Notes under the pieces: model-generated
The model's database searches: none
Seen by the model: the letters and a program-made list of their open reading frames with translations, nothing else
What the model was told of the DNA's origin: nothing
Shown: positions 17,537 to 27,256 of the stretch, one piece after another
Position numbering within the stretch: position 1 is the first letter of the stretch
How the letters are laid out: each line of letters opens with the position of its first letter
Assembly (NCBI GenBank): GCA_012511615.1
Contig: JAAZFS010000176.1
Coordinates: 1 to 36,869, forward strand
DNA from: Elusimicrobiota bacterium
GTDB taxonomy: Bacteria > CG03 > SLGR01
Direction of reading: 5' to 3'
Length of the DNA stretch: 36,869 nucleotides
Made by a program: the position numbers and the translations under genes

Positions 17537-18438
17537 AAAATTCAATGACTGATGAAATAATCGCCTTAAAAAACAAGCATAAGGCAATTATTCTTGCACA
17601 TAACTATCAGGTTCCCGAAGTACAGGATTTGGGAGATTTTTGTGGAGATTCGCTTGAGCTTGCCATCAAGGCCGCAGAGACAAGTGCAGAAGTGATAGTG
17701 TTTTGCGGGGTAGACTTTATGGCAGAGACTGCAAAATTACTTTCTCCTGATAAGAAAGTACTTCTTCCAGTTAGGGGGGCGACTTGCCCTATGAGCGAGA
17801 TGATAACTCCGCCGGAACTTCTTGATTTTAAAAAGGACTATCCTGGAGCTGCAGTGGTTTCATACGCAAACACTACCGCCGACGTAAAGGCTGAGAGTGA
17901 TATCTGTTGTACTTCGGCTAATGCTGTCCGGATAGTAAATTCCCTTAGTGAAGAAGAAATTATATTCACGCCAGACAGGAATTTGGCCCGTCATGTGGCT
18001 CTACAAACTTCTAAAAAAATCATTCCTTGGAATGGTTTCTGCCCCATACATGAAGCTATCACCGCTTCAGATCTTAAAGAAGCGAAAAAAAGATATCCTG
18101 GGGCTCTTGTAATGGTTCATCCCGAGTGTCGTCCTGAAGTACAGGATTTGGGTGATTTTGTAGTTTCAACAGGCCAGATGTTTGGTGTTGTTGAAAAATC
18201 TGATTCTAAGGGTTTTATTGTAGGGACTGAGAGCGGTATTATTTATTCCCTTTCAAAAAGATTTCCAACAAAAGAGTTTTTTCCCATAAAGGAATCTGTG
18301 GTTTGTCCCAATATGAAGAAAGTAAGACCTGAGAATGTTTTGGACTCCCTCCGGACTCTTTCTCCGGAAATAAATATCCCAGAAGAGGTTTCCCGCAAAG
18401 CTTCCCGAGCGCTCAGGCGTATGCTTGAGGTCGGATGA
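17533..18438 (+). CDS. nadA: Quinolinate synthase A
   Basis: 301-aa ORF with AHNYQ and three Cys-containing segments (ATCPM, FCPIHE, VCPNMK) for the 4Fe-4S cluster. It has an ATGA overlap with panC. Confidence 0.93.
   Translation: MKNSMTDEIIALKNKHKAIILAHNYQVPEVQDLGDFCGDSLELAIKAAETSAEVIVFCGVDFMAETAKLLSPDKKVLLPVRGATCPMSEMITPPELLDFKKDYPGAAVVSYANTTADVKAESDICCTSANAVRIVNSLSEEEIIFTPDRNLARHVALQTSKKIIPWNGFCPIHEAITASDLKEAKKRYPGALVMVHPECRPEVQDLGDFVVSTGQMFGVVEKSDSKGFIVGTESGIIYSLSKRFPTKEFFPIKESVVCPNMKKVRPENVLDSLRTLSPEINIPEEVSRKASRALRRMLEVG
17613..17640 (+). repeat. Copy 1 of an intragenic 28-nt direct repeat in nadA
   Basis: tccCgaagtacaggatttgggAgatttt matches 18132-18159 at 26 of 28 positions. It encodes PEVQDLGDF. 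Confidence 0.8.
18132..18159 (+). repeat. Copy 2 of an intragenic 28-nt direct repeat in nadA
   Basis: tccTgaagtacaggatttgggTgatttt matches 17613-17640 at 26 of 28 positions. It encodes PEVQDLGDF. Confidence 0.8.
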
Positions 18439-19997
18439 AAGAACCAGCACCAGTAAAAAGTGATTTGCTTATAATAGGGACCGGCATAGCCGGATTGGCC
18501 CTATCTCTTTATCTAGATTCTGATTTAAAGGTAAATATTATCACCAAATCTTCTGCGGAAGAATCTTCAAGTTTTCAGGCCCAAGGAGGAATAGCCTGCG
18601 TAACGGATGTGGAAGATTCCTTTGAGGAACATATCCAAGATACGCTTGATGCGGGCGACGGACTCTGTAATTTAAAATCGGTGGAGACTGTTATCAAGGC
18701 GGCACCTCAGGCCATAGAAGATATAGAAAAATGGGGAGTGGAATTTACCGGAGGGAATCTGAACCCTGAATTAGGTCGCGAGGGGGGTCATTCCAGAAGG
18801 AGAATTCTATATCGGGAGGACCGAACGGGTGCAGAACTTGAAACCAAACTTTTAGACAAGGTTCGCTCTAAACAAAAAATTTACGAAAACCATACCGCGG
18901 TAAATCTTATAATGAAAAAAGGGCGCTGCATAGGTGCCTATGTCTTGGATAATACAAGTCATGAAATAAAGAGTTTCTATGCCAAGGCTGTTATCCTGGC
19001 TACTGGAGGATGCGGTAAAGCATATCTATATACGACAAATCCACATGTTGCTACTGGAGATGGAGTCGCCATGGCCTATCGGGCAGGAGCAAGTATTGCC
19101 AATATGGAGTTTATACAGTTTCATCCGACTTCTCTTTTTTCTTCACAGGAAGAATCCTTTTTGATTACCGAAGCCATGAGAGGAGAGGGGGCTCTTCTAA
19201 AAAATTCCAAGGGAGAAGTTTTTATGAAAAGATATGATCCCAGAGAAAATCTTGCCCCAAGAGATATCGTGGCCCGAGCAATAGATAGCGAAATGAAGAG
19301 GGAGGGCGTAAAGCATCTTTACCTAGATATTCATTCGGTTCGAGAGCCAGATTTTATTAGAAAAAGATTTCCTTCAATTTATAAAAAACTAAAAGGTCTG
19401 GGGATAGATATCACCCAGGAAGATATCCCGGTAGTTCCTTCGGCTCATTATTGTTGTGGGGGCGTGGATACGGATAGTAACGGCCTTACAGATATAGAGG
19501 GGCTCTTTGCCGTGGGGGAGACGGCCCATACCGGACTTCACGGAGCCAATCGATTAGCTTCAAACTCACTTTTGGAGGCCCTGGTTTATGCCCGTCGTGC
19601 AGCAGAAAAAATACCGGCCTATATATCCAATCTTAAAGAGGCTACCCCCCAGCCTTGGACCTATACGGGGAACCGTCTGCCTGAGGAGAAAATTTTTATA
19701 GAACATAACTGGGAATCGGTCCGTAGAATAATGTGGAACTATGTAGGGATAGTTAGATCCAACTATCGATTGAAAGAGGCGGAAAAGCGCTTGGAATTGA
19801 TAGCAAATGATGTGAATTATCATTATTGGAATTATCTAATTACGCCAGGACTGGTGGAATTAAGAAATCTGGTGGACGTGGCCCGGATAATAGTAAAAAG
19901 CGCCTCTATGAGAAAAGAGAGTCGGGGGCTTAACTATAATGTGGATCATCCGGAAAAAAGAGAAGAGTGCCGTAAAAACACCTACATCAGAAAATGA
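18435..19997 (+). CDS. nadB: L-aspartate oxidase
   Basis: 520-aa ORF with an FAD loop IIGTGIAGL, QGGIA, HPT, the RGEGA region and GLHGANRLASNSLLE. Confidence 0.93.
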   Translation: MKEPAPVKSDLLIIGTGIAGLALSLYLDSDLKVNIITKSSAEESSSFQAQGGIACVTDVEDSFEEHIQDTLDAGDGLCNLKSVETVIKAAPQAIEDIEKWGVEFTGGNLNPELGREGGHSRRRILYREDRTGAELETKLLDKVRSKQKIYENHTAVNLIMKKGRCIGAYVLDNTSHEIKSFYAKAVILATGGCGKAYLYTTNPHVATGDGVAMAYRAGASIANMEFIQFHPTSLFSSQEESFLITEAMRGEGALLKNSKGEVFMKRYDPRENLAPRDIVARAIDSEMKREGVKHLYLDIHSVREPDFIRKRFPSIYKKLKGLGIDITQEDIPVVPSAHYCCGGVDTDSNGLTDIEGLFAVGETAHTGLHGANRLASNSLLEALVYARRAAEKIPAYISNLKEATPQPWTYTGNRLPEEKIFIEHNWESVRRIMWNYVGIVRSNYRLKEAEKRLELIANDVNYHYWNYLITPGLVELRNLVDVARIIVKSASMRKESRGLNYNVDHPEKREECRKNTYIRK

Positions 19998-22873
19998 GAA
20001 AATTTATTGAGGTCCGGGGGGCCGCTGAGCACAATCTAAAAGATATCAATCTGGATATTCCCCTAAATAAATTTATCGTAGTATCCGGAGTCTCTGGTTC
20101 TGGAAAATCCTCCCTTGCCTTTGATACTCTCTATGCGGAAGGCCAGAGAAGATATATGGAGTCCTTGTCTTCTTATGCTAGGCAGTTTTTAGGTCAGATG
20201 AAGAAACCTGCCGTAGAATCTATTACTGGTATACCGCCAGCAGTAGCCATAAAGCAGAAAGGGCCCGGCTACAACCCCCGTTCTACCGTAGGTACTCTAA
20301 CAGAAATAAATGATTTTCTACGTCTCCTATATGCCCGAGTGGGAATTCCCCACTGCCCCAAGTGTGGCCGTCAGATAAAATCCAGCTCCACTGGTGAAAT
20401 AATTAATTCTCTACTGAAAAACTTTAAGGGAATGAGTGTTTCTATCAATGCACCCCTGGTGAAAGAAAGAAAAGGAGCCTATCGCGAATTATTAGAGCGC
20501 TTAAGAGGAGAGGGTTTTATCAGTGTTATGATTGATGGAAAACTTTACTCTCTTGAAGAGGAAATCCAACTGGATGCTAAAAAAAGTCACACAATCAGTG
20601 TCGCAGTAGACAAATTAAAGGTTGAAGATAACCCAGATGATTTAGAGAGACTGACAGATTCTGTAGAAATAGGCCTCAAGCGCTCCGGCGGTGTTATAGA
20701 AATTCTTCCTGAAAAGGGTGAAACGGTGGTATATTCTACCCATTATTCATGTCCTAATTGTGATATCAGTCTAGGAGAGCTAGAACCCAGAAGTTTTTCT
20801 TTCAATTCACCTTTTGGTGCCTGCCCACTATGCTCGGGTCTTGGGATAAGTCTTGATATAGACGAAGATCTTGTGATTCCAGATTCTTCGTTAACCATAA
20901 ATGAAGGTGCAATAGAGCCTTGGAGTTATCCTATTACCAATCTTCAGGAACGCTGGAAAAACTCTGCAAGAAAATACCGGATGCAGCATATAATTACACT
21001 CGCGGAGGAGGTGGGTTTTGATTTGGATACACCCTTTAAAAAACTTCCTTTAAAGGCTCGCAAAATGCTTGTTTACGGTAGTGAAAAAGAATATGACTTC
21101 ACACTTAAAAAGGCAGGAAGGGTTTATAAAAAGCGGGCCTATTTTGAGGGAGTTATTCCCGAACTAAAACGAAGGCACCTGCAGACAGACTCTGATTTTG
21201 TAAGAGAAAAAATCCAGTCTGACTATATGAGGGAAAAACCCTGCTCCGCCTGTGGTGGACGACGGTTGAAGCCTGAGACGCTGGCAGTAACTTTGGGCAA
21301 GAAAAACATAGCAGAACTTTCTGAAATGTCAGCTGGTCCCTTAAAGGAATTTCTTAAAAACTTGAAGTTCACTGAGTTTGAGCAGGAAGTTTCCAAGAGG
21401 ATAATGAGGGAGTTAGATGAGCGCTTAGGGTTTTTAATAGATGTTGGGGTAGATTACATATCCTTAGATAGAAGTGCTGTCACTCTTTCCTCTGGAGAGT
21501 CCGAAAGAATTCGTCTGGCAACCCAAATTGGCTCTTCACTGGTGGGGGTGGCCTATATTTTAGATGAGCCCACAGTTGGTCTTCATGCACGGGATACAGA
21601 GCGTCTTTTAAAATCCCTCCGCTCCCTTCAGAAACTGGGAAACACCTTGATAGCAGTTGAGCACGATCCAGCTACTATAGATGAGGCAGATTTTGTAATA
21701 GACTTGGGTCCCGGAGCCGGTAGCCAAGGCGGCGAAATTGTCTATATCGGCCCCTCTAATAAATTTTCAGCTTGCAAAAAATCCTTAACTGCGGGTTATC
21801 ATTCAGGTAGGCTTAAGGTCCCCTATCCTAAAAAATTTAGGCAAGCTTCAAAGAAAAAAATTAAGCTTACTGGTTGCTCGCAGTTTAATCTTAAAAACAT
21901 TAGTGTGGAATTTCCTCTGGGACTTATAAGTTGCGTCACGGGAGTATCTGGCTCCGGAAAGAGTACGCTTGTTGAAGATATACTCTTTAAAGCTCTTTGG
22001 AAAAAACTCAATCCTCGCTCGGAAGTATATCCAGGGAAATTCAAAAAAATAAGTGGTTATGAAGATATTGGACGGGTAATCAACATTGATCAGACCCCCA
22101 TTGGTAGGACCCCTCGTTCTAACCCTGCTACCTACACTGGGGTGTTTACCCCTTTAAGGGATCTTTTTGCATCACTTCCTTTGAGTAGGGCCAGAGGTTA
22201 TAGTGCTGGTCGATTTTCATTTAATGTGAAAGAGGGGACCTGTCAGAGATGTTCGGGTCAGGGCCTGGTAAAACTTGAGATGCATTTTTTACCAGATATT
22301 TATGTTACCTGTGATGTTTGTAATGGTAAAAAATATACAGAAGCGACCCTGGATATAAAGTACCGCGGTAAGAGCATTTATGATGTTTTGGAAATGACAG
22401 TAGATGAGGCGGCAGAGTTTTTTAGTAAAATACCAAAAATAATTCGCCCTCTAAATACTATGAAGAGCGTAGGCCTAGGATACTTGAAACTTGGTCAGCC
22501 CTCCACTACTCTTTCGGGTGGCGAGGCCCAGAGAATAAAGCTTGCCCGGGAACTTGCTAAATTAAACCAAGGAAATACTCTTTATATTTTAGATGAGCCA
22601 ACTACCGGCCTTCATTCCCACGATATAGTTTATCTATTGAAGGTTCTGCATCAGCTTGCCGATAAGGGAAATACAATAGTTGTGATTGAACATAATCTTG
22701 ATGTAATTAAGAATGCAGACTGGATAGTAGATTTGGGTCCAGAAGGCGGCCCTGAAGGTGGCAATCTTCTTGTTTGCGGGAAGCCCTCAAACTTGATAAA
22801 ATCTCAAGTTGGCTATACTGGAAAATTTCTAAAAGAATATCTTGAAAATGAGAAAAAAATCACTACTAATTAA
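19994..22873 (+). CDS. uvrA: Excinuclease ABC subunit A
   Basis: 959-aa ORF with two ABC ATPase modules (GVSGSGKSS and GVSGSGKST), Zn-finger CxxC pairs, and LSGGE and LDEPT signatures. It has an ATGA overlap with nadB. Confidence 0.97.
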   Translation: MRKFIEVRGAAEHNLKDINLDIPLNKFIVVSGVSGSGKSSLAFDTLYAEGQRRYMESLSSYARQFLGQMKKPAVESITGIPPAVAIKQKGPGYNPRSTVGTLTEINDFLRLLYARVGIPHCPKCGRQIKSSSTGEIINSLLKNFKGMSVSINAPLVKERKGAYRELLERLRGEGFISVMIDGKLYSLEEEIQLDAKKSHTISVAVDKLKVEDNPDDLERLTDSVEIGLKRSGGVIEILPEKGETVVYSTHYSCPNCDISLGELEPRSFSFNSPFGACPLCSGLGISLDIDEDLVIPDSSLTINEGAIEPWSYPITNLQERWKNSARKYRMQHIITLAEEVGFDLDTPFKKLPLKARKMLVYGSEKEYDFTLKKAGRVYKKRAYFEGVIPELKRRHLQTDSDFVREKIQSDYMREKPCSACGGRRLKPETLAVTLGKKNIAELSEMSAGPLKEFLKNLKFTEFEQEVSKRIMRELDERLGFLIDVGVDYISLDRSAVTLSSGESERIRLATQIGSSLVGVAYILDEPTVGLHARDTERLLKSLRSLQKLGNTLIAVEHDPATIDEADFVIDLGPGAGSQGGEIVYIGPSNKFSACKKSLTAGYHSGRLKVPYPKKFRQASKKKIKLTGCSQFNLKNISVEFPLGLISCVTGVSGSGKSTLVEDILFKALWKKLNPRSEVYPGKFKKISGYEDIGRVINIDQTPIGRTPRSNPATYTGVFTPLRDLFASLPLSRARGYSAGRFSFNVKEGTCQRCSGQGLVKLEMHFLPDIYVTCDVCNGKKYTEATLDIKYRGKSIYDVLEMTVDEAAEFFSKIPKIIRPLNTMKSVGLGYLKLGQPSTTLSGGEAQRIKLARELAKLNQGNTLYILDEPTTGLHSHDIVYLLKVLHQLADKGNTIVVIEHNLDVIKNADWIVDLGPEGGPEGGNLLVCGKPSNLIKSQVGYTGKFLKEYLENEKKITTN

Positions 22874-25745
22874 AGGCTTACGGCAGGCCCTGCTTGCTAC
22901 CCTATTTTTCAGCATTTTTTCCCCGCTTATTTTTGCTGGGGATGGAGGTGCCACGGAGCTGTACCAGTTTCCCCTTAGCCTCTTTAGGGATAGAACCTAT
23001 CCTCTTGCCGTAAATCCTCTGAACGACTATATAGAGAGATATCCAGAAGGGGTGGATATATTAAGAGTAAGATTTCTTAAAGGTAAAGCTCTCATTGAAT
23101 GTTCTGCCTACCAGAAAGCATACGAAGAACTCCAGTCTATCGCCGCCGATTATCCAAATAGCCCAGAAGCAGAGGAGTCTATTTTACTATCTGCCGATGC
23201 TCTCTTTTATTCAGCAAAATACCCTGAGGCCGTGGGGGCTTATAATGATTTTATTGACTCCTTTCCTGAAACAGACTACCGAGATGAGGCCCTGTTTTTT
23301 CTGGGGGAAAGTTATTTTTATATGGAGGATTATAACCAGGCTTCCGCCGCCTACAGTCGACTTTCAGAGGAATATCCTGATAGTTATTACAATTCTTATG
23401 CCCTTCTTGCCTGCGGGCTTTCGCTTTACAGAGAGGGGATTTATGATAGGGCTATTGAGGTTTTCGCTAAACTTTCTTCCTTAAAAAATCTTCCTGAAGA
23501 AGTTGAGTCTGATGCTCTTTATTATTCTGCTCTTACTCTTATTGGAGCCGGAAGAATGGCTGAGGCTCGGGAAAGGCTTGAAGTTCTACTGTCTGACTCT
23601 AAGGGCCGGCATTATTATCCCGCTTTAATAGCAAAAGCTGGAAGTTTTACTGGAGAGGAATTATACGAAAAGGCTCGTGAGGTGCTTAAATCAATTATTT
23701 CTGATTCTTCGGCTCCAGAAAATATGATTGCAGATGCCTCTTATCAGATAGGTGAAACTTATTATAGTGAAAAAAGATATGCTCTGGCTCTTCGGGCTTG
23801 GGAGGGATTTATAAGTGATTATCCAGATTCTAAGCTTATTGAAGATGCTAAGTTTTCTTCTGCTTGGTCCCTTCTTGAGCTAGAGGAGTACCTGCAATCT
23901 GCCAGGCGGTTCAGTGCCTTTATTCAGGAGTATCCGCATTCTGAGCTTGCAGCTGCGGCTCAGTTTCTTCTTTCCCATGCTTATTATTATTCCGGCGAAT
24001 ATGAAAGATCTGCCTCCGAGTATGAGAGGGTTCGTATATTCTATCCAAAGAGCGAATATGCCCCCAGGTCTCTATATTGGGAGGGACTTTCCTATTTTAG
24101 AAATGGGAATTATGAAAAAACAATTGAGCAAATGAAGAAATTCACTCAAGCCTACACCGGCCACATTCTGGAACCCAGAGTGCTCTATCATGAGGCAAGA
24201 AGCTGGTTTGAGCTTACTGATTATGCTACTGCCCGGAATTCTTATCGGGAGCTAGCCAGAAAATTTCCCAACACCACCGAGGCGGCCCAGGCCCTTTTGG
24301 GGGTTGCCGATACTTATTACGAAGAAGCAGATTATTCTCGCTCCTTTGAAGAGTACCGCCGAGCCGCGGAGACTTCTGGTGATAGGGAAGTTGTCCAACG
24401 TGCTCGCCTAGGTCAGGGTAATAGCCTGATTCGTCAGCGCAAATATAAGGAAGCCGTGGAAATATACTCAAAACTTGAGCCAACTGCAGAAGTAAATTTT
24501 CAGATAGGATATGCTTATTACCGGGCAACAGATCACAAGAATGCCCGAAGGATAATGCGGGCACTTCAGCTGGAATATCCAGATTCCGAGCTTGTAGAAG
24601 AAGCTCTTTTTTACGAGGCCTGGAGCAGTTTTCGTTTAGGTGATTTCAACGATGCTCGCGAGAAATTCCAAATCTATTTTGAGCATTATCCCTTAAGTCC
24701 CAATGCCCCAGATGCTCTTCTTAGGATTGGAGATGCTCACTATAATCAGGCTCGCTATGAGGAAGCAGTATCAAGTTATAGAAATGTAATAAGAGATTAT
24801 CCTCAGACATCTGCCGCAGAATATGCCCTTTATAATATTGGATGGACCCATCAGACAGCTGGCGATGAGGATTTAGCCTTGGAAACCTATACGGAGCTTC
24901 TTGAGCGATATCCAGAATCAGCCTTGAGGGAAGAAGTTTATTATCGTATCGGTGGATTTTATTTTCAGCGCCAAGATTACGACAGGGCTGCAGAAGCCTA
25001 TGAGGCACTTTACGATGCCTCGAAAAAAGAATCTTCTTTAAAAGATGCTCTTTACTGGAGAGCCTGGAGCTTACTTAAGGGAGATAAACCTTCTGAGGCT
25101 CTGAAAGTTTTTATGAAAATTACAGAGGACTATCCAGACTACGAGCTTATAGATGAGGTTTATTTTAGAATGGCTGGAATCTATCTTGATATGAGAAGAA
25201 GCGCTGACGCACTTAAGTACTATAAAAAAGTCATCAGTGACCATCCTGCCTCTGCTTTTGCTTCGGATTCGCTTTACCGTATGAGTCGCGCCCATATCGA
25301 ATCTGGAGAAGAAGATGAAGCTTCCAAAATACTGGAGATGATAAAAGAGGATCATCCAGAATCTGAGGCGGCCGCGAATGTTCTTTTTGATGAAGCAGTT
25401 ATTCTTCAGCGTGAAGGCGAGCATAGTGCTGCACTTGAACTTTTTGAGAGGGTGGCATCAATATCTGCTTCTTCTGTCGCTGCCGAAGCCAGAAAAAGAA
25501 TCGGAGATATTTATTTCTCCGCCAAGGATTATTCTCGGGCGGCGACTGAATATCTGAAACTACCTTTAAATTACTCCCGTTTTACGGATCTGGCGGCGGA
25601 GGCTCGTTATATGGCTGCCAGAAGCATGCATCTTGCAGGCGATATGGAGAGTGCCACTATAAACTATAAGCGGGTAATTTCAGATTATCCGGACAGCCTC
25701 TGGGAGAAGAGGGCCCAGAGCATGCTTTTAGAAATTCAAGAGTAA
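22842..25745 (+). CDS. Secreted/periplasmic multi-TPR protein made of tandem CpoB(YbgF)/BamD-like units
   Basis: 967-aa ORF. The N-terminus has a K/R-rich n-region plus a hydrophobic core (LLATLFFSIFSPLIFA). About 17 iterations of the [DEKR][YFH]P[DENQHKL][ST] signature (DYPNSPE, EYPDSYY, DYPDSKL, EYPHSEL, FYPKSEY, EYPDSEL, DYPQTSA, RYPESAL, DHPESEA, DYPDSLW ...) are spaced about 38-75 aa apart. The start lies 26-32 nt inside the uvrA 3' end. Confidence 0.85.
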   Translation: MKMRKKSLLIKGLRQALLATLFFSIFSPLIFAGDGGATELYQFPLSLFRDRTYPLAVNPLNDYIERYPEGVDILRVRFLKGKALIECSAYQKAYEELQSIAADYPNSPEAEESILLSADALFYSAKYPEAVGAYNDFIDSFPETDYRDEALFFLGESYFYMEDYNQASAAYSRLSEEYPDSYYNSYALLACGLSLYREGIYDRAIEVFAKLSSLKNLPEEVESDALYYSALTLIGAGRMAEARERLEVLLSDSKGRHYYPALIAKAGSFTGEELYEKAREVLKSIISDSSAPENMIADASYQIGETYYSEKRYALALRAWEGFISDYPDSKLIEDAKFSSAWSLLELEEYLQSARRFSAFIQEYPHSELAAAAQFLLSHAYYYSGEYERSASEYERVRIFYPKSEYAPRSLYWEGLSYFRNGNYEKTIEQMKKFTQAYTGHILEPRVLYHEARSWFELTDYATARNSYRELARKFPNTTEAAQALLGVADTYYEEADYSRSFEEYRRAAETSGDREVVQRARLGQGNSLIRQRKYKEAVEIYSKLEPTAEVNFQIGYAYYRATDHKNARRIMRALQLEYPDSELVEEALFYEAWSSFRLGDFNDAREKFQIYFEHYPLSPNAPDALLRIGDAHYNQARYEEAVSSYRNVIRDYPQTSAAEYALYNIGWTHQTAGDEDLALETYTELLERYPESALREEVYYRIGGFYFQRQDYDRAAEAYEALYDASKKESSLKDALYWRAWSLLKGDKPSEALKVFMKITEDYPDYELIDEVYFRMAGIYLDMRRSADALKYYKKVISDHPASAFASDSLYRMSRAHIESGEEDEASKILEMIKEDHPESEAAANVLFDEAVILQREGEHSAALELFERVASISASSVAAEARKRIGDIYFSAKDYSRAATEYLKLPLNYSRFTDLAAEARYMAARSMHLAGDMESATINYKRVISDYPDSLWEKRAQSMLLEIQE

Positions 25746-27202
25746 TGCCTAGGTTTTTATATTTAAATTTACTTATTCTTGTCGGATTTTTTTTGTCTTT
25801 TTTCCCAGCCTCTGCCGCCCAGGAAATTGATCTTGGAGAAGTATTTATTTGGGGGGACGACCGTTCGGTTATACCAGGCCTTGCCGAAAGGCTTTTTTTT
25901 ATTTATCCCTCCCTTGATAAGGATGCTTTTCTTGATCCAGCAAGAAGGAGAAAATATGAAAGAAGTCGGCCCCTAAAGCGGATTTATCCTAAATGCCCAT
26001 CCTTAAGTCTTTTAGCCGGTTTTGATTCCAGTTCTGGCTACCAATTAAGATTATCTGGTTGCACCTGCCCTTGCGAAGATTCTTATCTAGGGGGATTTAT
26101 TTCATCTGAAAGAGAATCTTCAGATTTATCCAATGATAAATTTAATGATTTAAGTCTAAGAATAGATGGACGGCGCCGTCTGGGTGATTTTCAATTTGCC
26201 CTTGGTGGTAGGGGGGATTTCACGGGATATGATAAAAAAAGAAAAATCTGGGAGGGAAGCGGGGGAGTTGTCTATGAACCTGGTTTTATGACCGCGTATT
26301 TTTCAATGAAACTTGCCGGTGCTTCGGAAGAAAAATCAGCAGTTTCGGGGGACTTTTCATTTAAAGCATCAAAGCGGTTTTTTTATTATCACAATCTTTC
26401 ACTTAATTTTGATGGGTATTTACTCTCTATTGACAGCAAGTCAAGAGAGGCTCTTTCTACATTTATTAGCTACACCAATAATATGTATAGCAACATTTTC
26501 TTTTCGGCTGGACTTGGCCGGGGTCTGTCGAAAAACTTGGAGTGGGAAACCGCTCTGTCAGGAAAGTTTTTCGGTGCCGGACTTGTCCTTGAAGCCGGTA
26601 GGAAGACGCGGGAGAAAGATTTTTACAATCTCTATGCCTCCATTCCCTTTCTTGTACCGGATGCACTCTACCCACTTGAAGAAGTTTTTTATTCAGAAGG
26701 TCGGATTAGCTATGAGATTTTAAAGACCGCTTTTTCTTGTGGTCTCCGCTATGAAGAGGTTGAGGATAGGACTATTCTGGTAAAATCTCTGAATACTGCA
26801 AGTCTGGCCAGTCTTGCCGGCAGGACTAGGACATCCAATATTCTTTTGGCTGCAGAAAGAGAAAATTTGTCTATGAGGGCGTCAATTCCAATCAAATCAA
26901 GGGATTTACCCGAAGAAGTTTTCACTGTGGAAGCCACTTATGAAACTCCGCCAGGAAAATTAAGGGCCGACCTGTCTGCTCGCTATGAAGATTTGAGGTA
27001 TTTATGGCTGAACTCTTCGGGGACTTTAACTGACAAGGCGCCTTCCTATCTGGGCTTAAATGGGGGCTTGACCTATTTAATGTCGGATTCCTTAACGGTA
27101 AGAGGGGGAGTAAAAAACTTTCTCTCTTCGGAAATAATTAAGTCTGGTTATCTAAGCCAGAAAAACCCCAGATATTTTTTGAGTTTTGAATATGTGTTTT
27201 AA
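25745..27202 (+). CDS. Putative outer-membrane beta-barrel protein (no recognisable plug domain)
   Basis: 485-aa ORF with a signal peptide ending PASA|AQE and alternating hydrophobic/polar strand-like segments throughout. The C-terminus is ...YFLSFEYVF with a terminal aromatic residue, as in a BAM beta-signal. It forms a TAATG junction with the TPR gene. A CxCxC cluster (GCTCPC) lies at residues 105-110. Confidence 0.62.
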   Translation: MPRFLYLNLLILVGFFLSFFPASAAQEIDLGEVFIWGDDRSVIPGLAERLFFIYPSLDKDAFLDPARRRKYERSRPLKRIYPKCPSLSLLAGFDSSSGYQLRLSGCTCPCEDSYLGGFISSERESSDLSNDKFNDLSLRIDGRRRLGDFQFALGGRGDFTGYDKKRKIWEGSGGVVYEPGFMTAYFSMKLAGASEEKSAVSGDFSFKASKRFFYYHNLSLNFDGYLLSIDSKSREALSTFISYTNNMYSNIFFSAGLGRGLSKNLEWETALSGKFFGAGLVLEAGRKTREKDFYNLYASIPFLVPDALYPLEEVFYSEGRISYEILKTAFSCGLRYEEVEDRTILVKSLNTASLASLAGRTRTSNILLAAERENLSMRASIPIKSRDLPEEVFTVEATYETPPGKLRADLSARYEDLRYLWLNSSGTLTDKAPSYLGLNGGLTYLMSDSLTVRGGVKNFLSSEIIKSGYLSQKNPRYFLSFEYVF

Positions 27203-27256
27203 AGGGCAGTAGGAATAAAAATTGTTTTATAAAATAAGAAGGAGAATGAAAGAGCT

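Noticed and set aside
26313-26723. A 136-aa alternative-frame plus-strand ORF inside the putative barrel gene. This raised the question of whether 25745-27202 is really one gene.
   Set aside because: The 485-aa frame has a signal peptide at the start, a beta-signal-like aromatic C-terminus and consistent strand periodicity throughout. The internal ORF has none of these.
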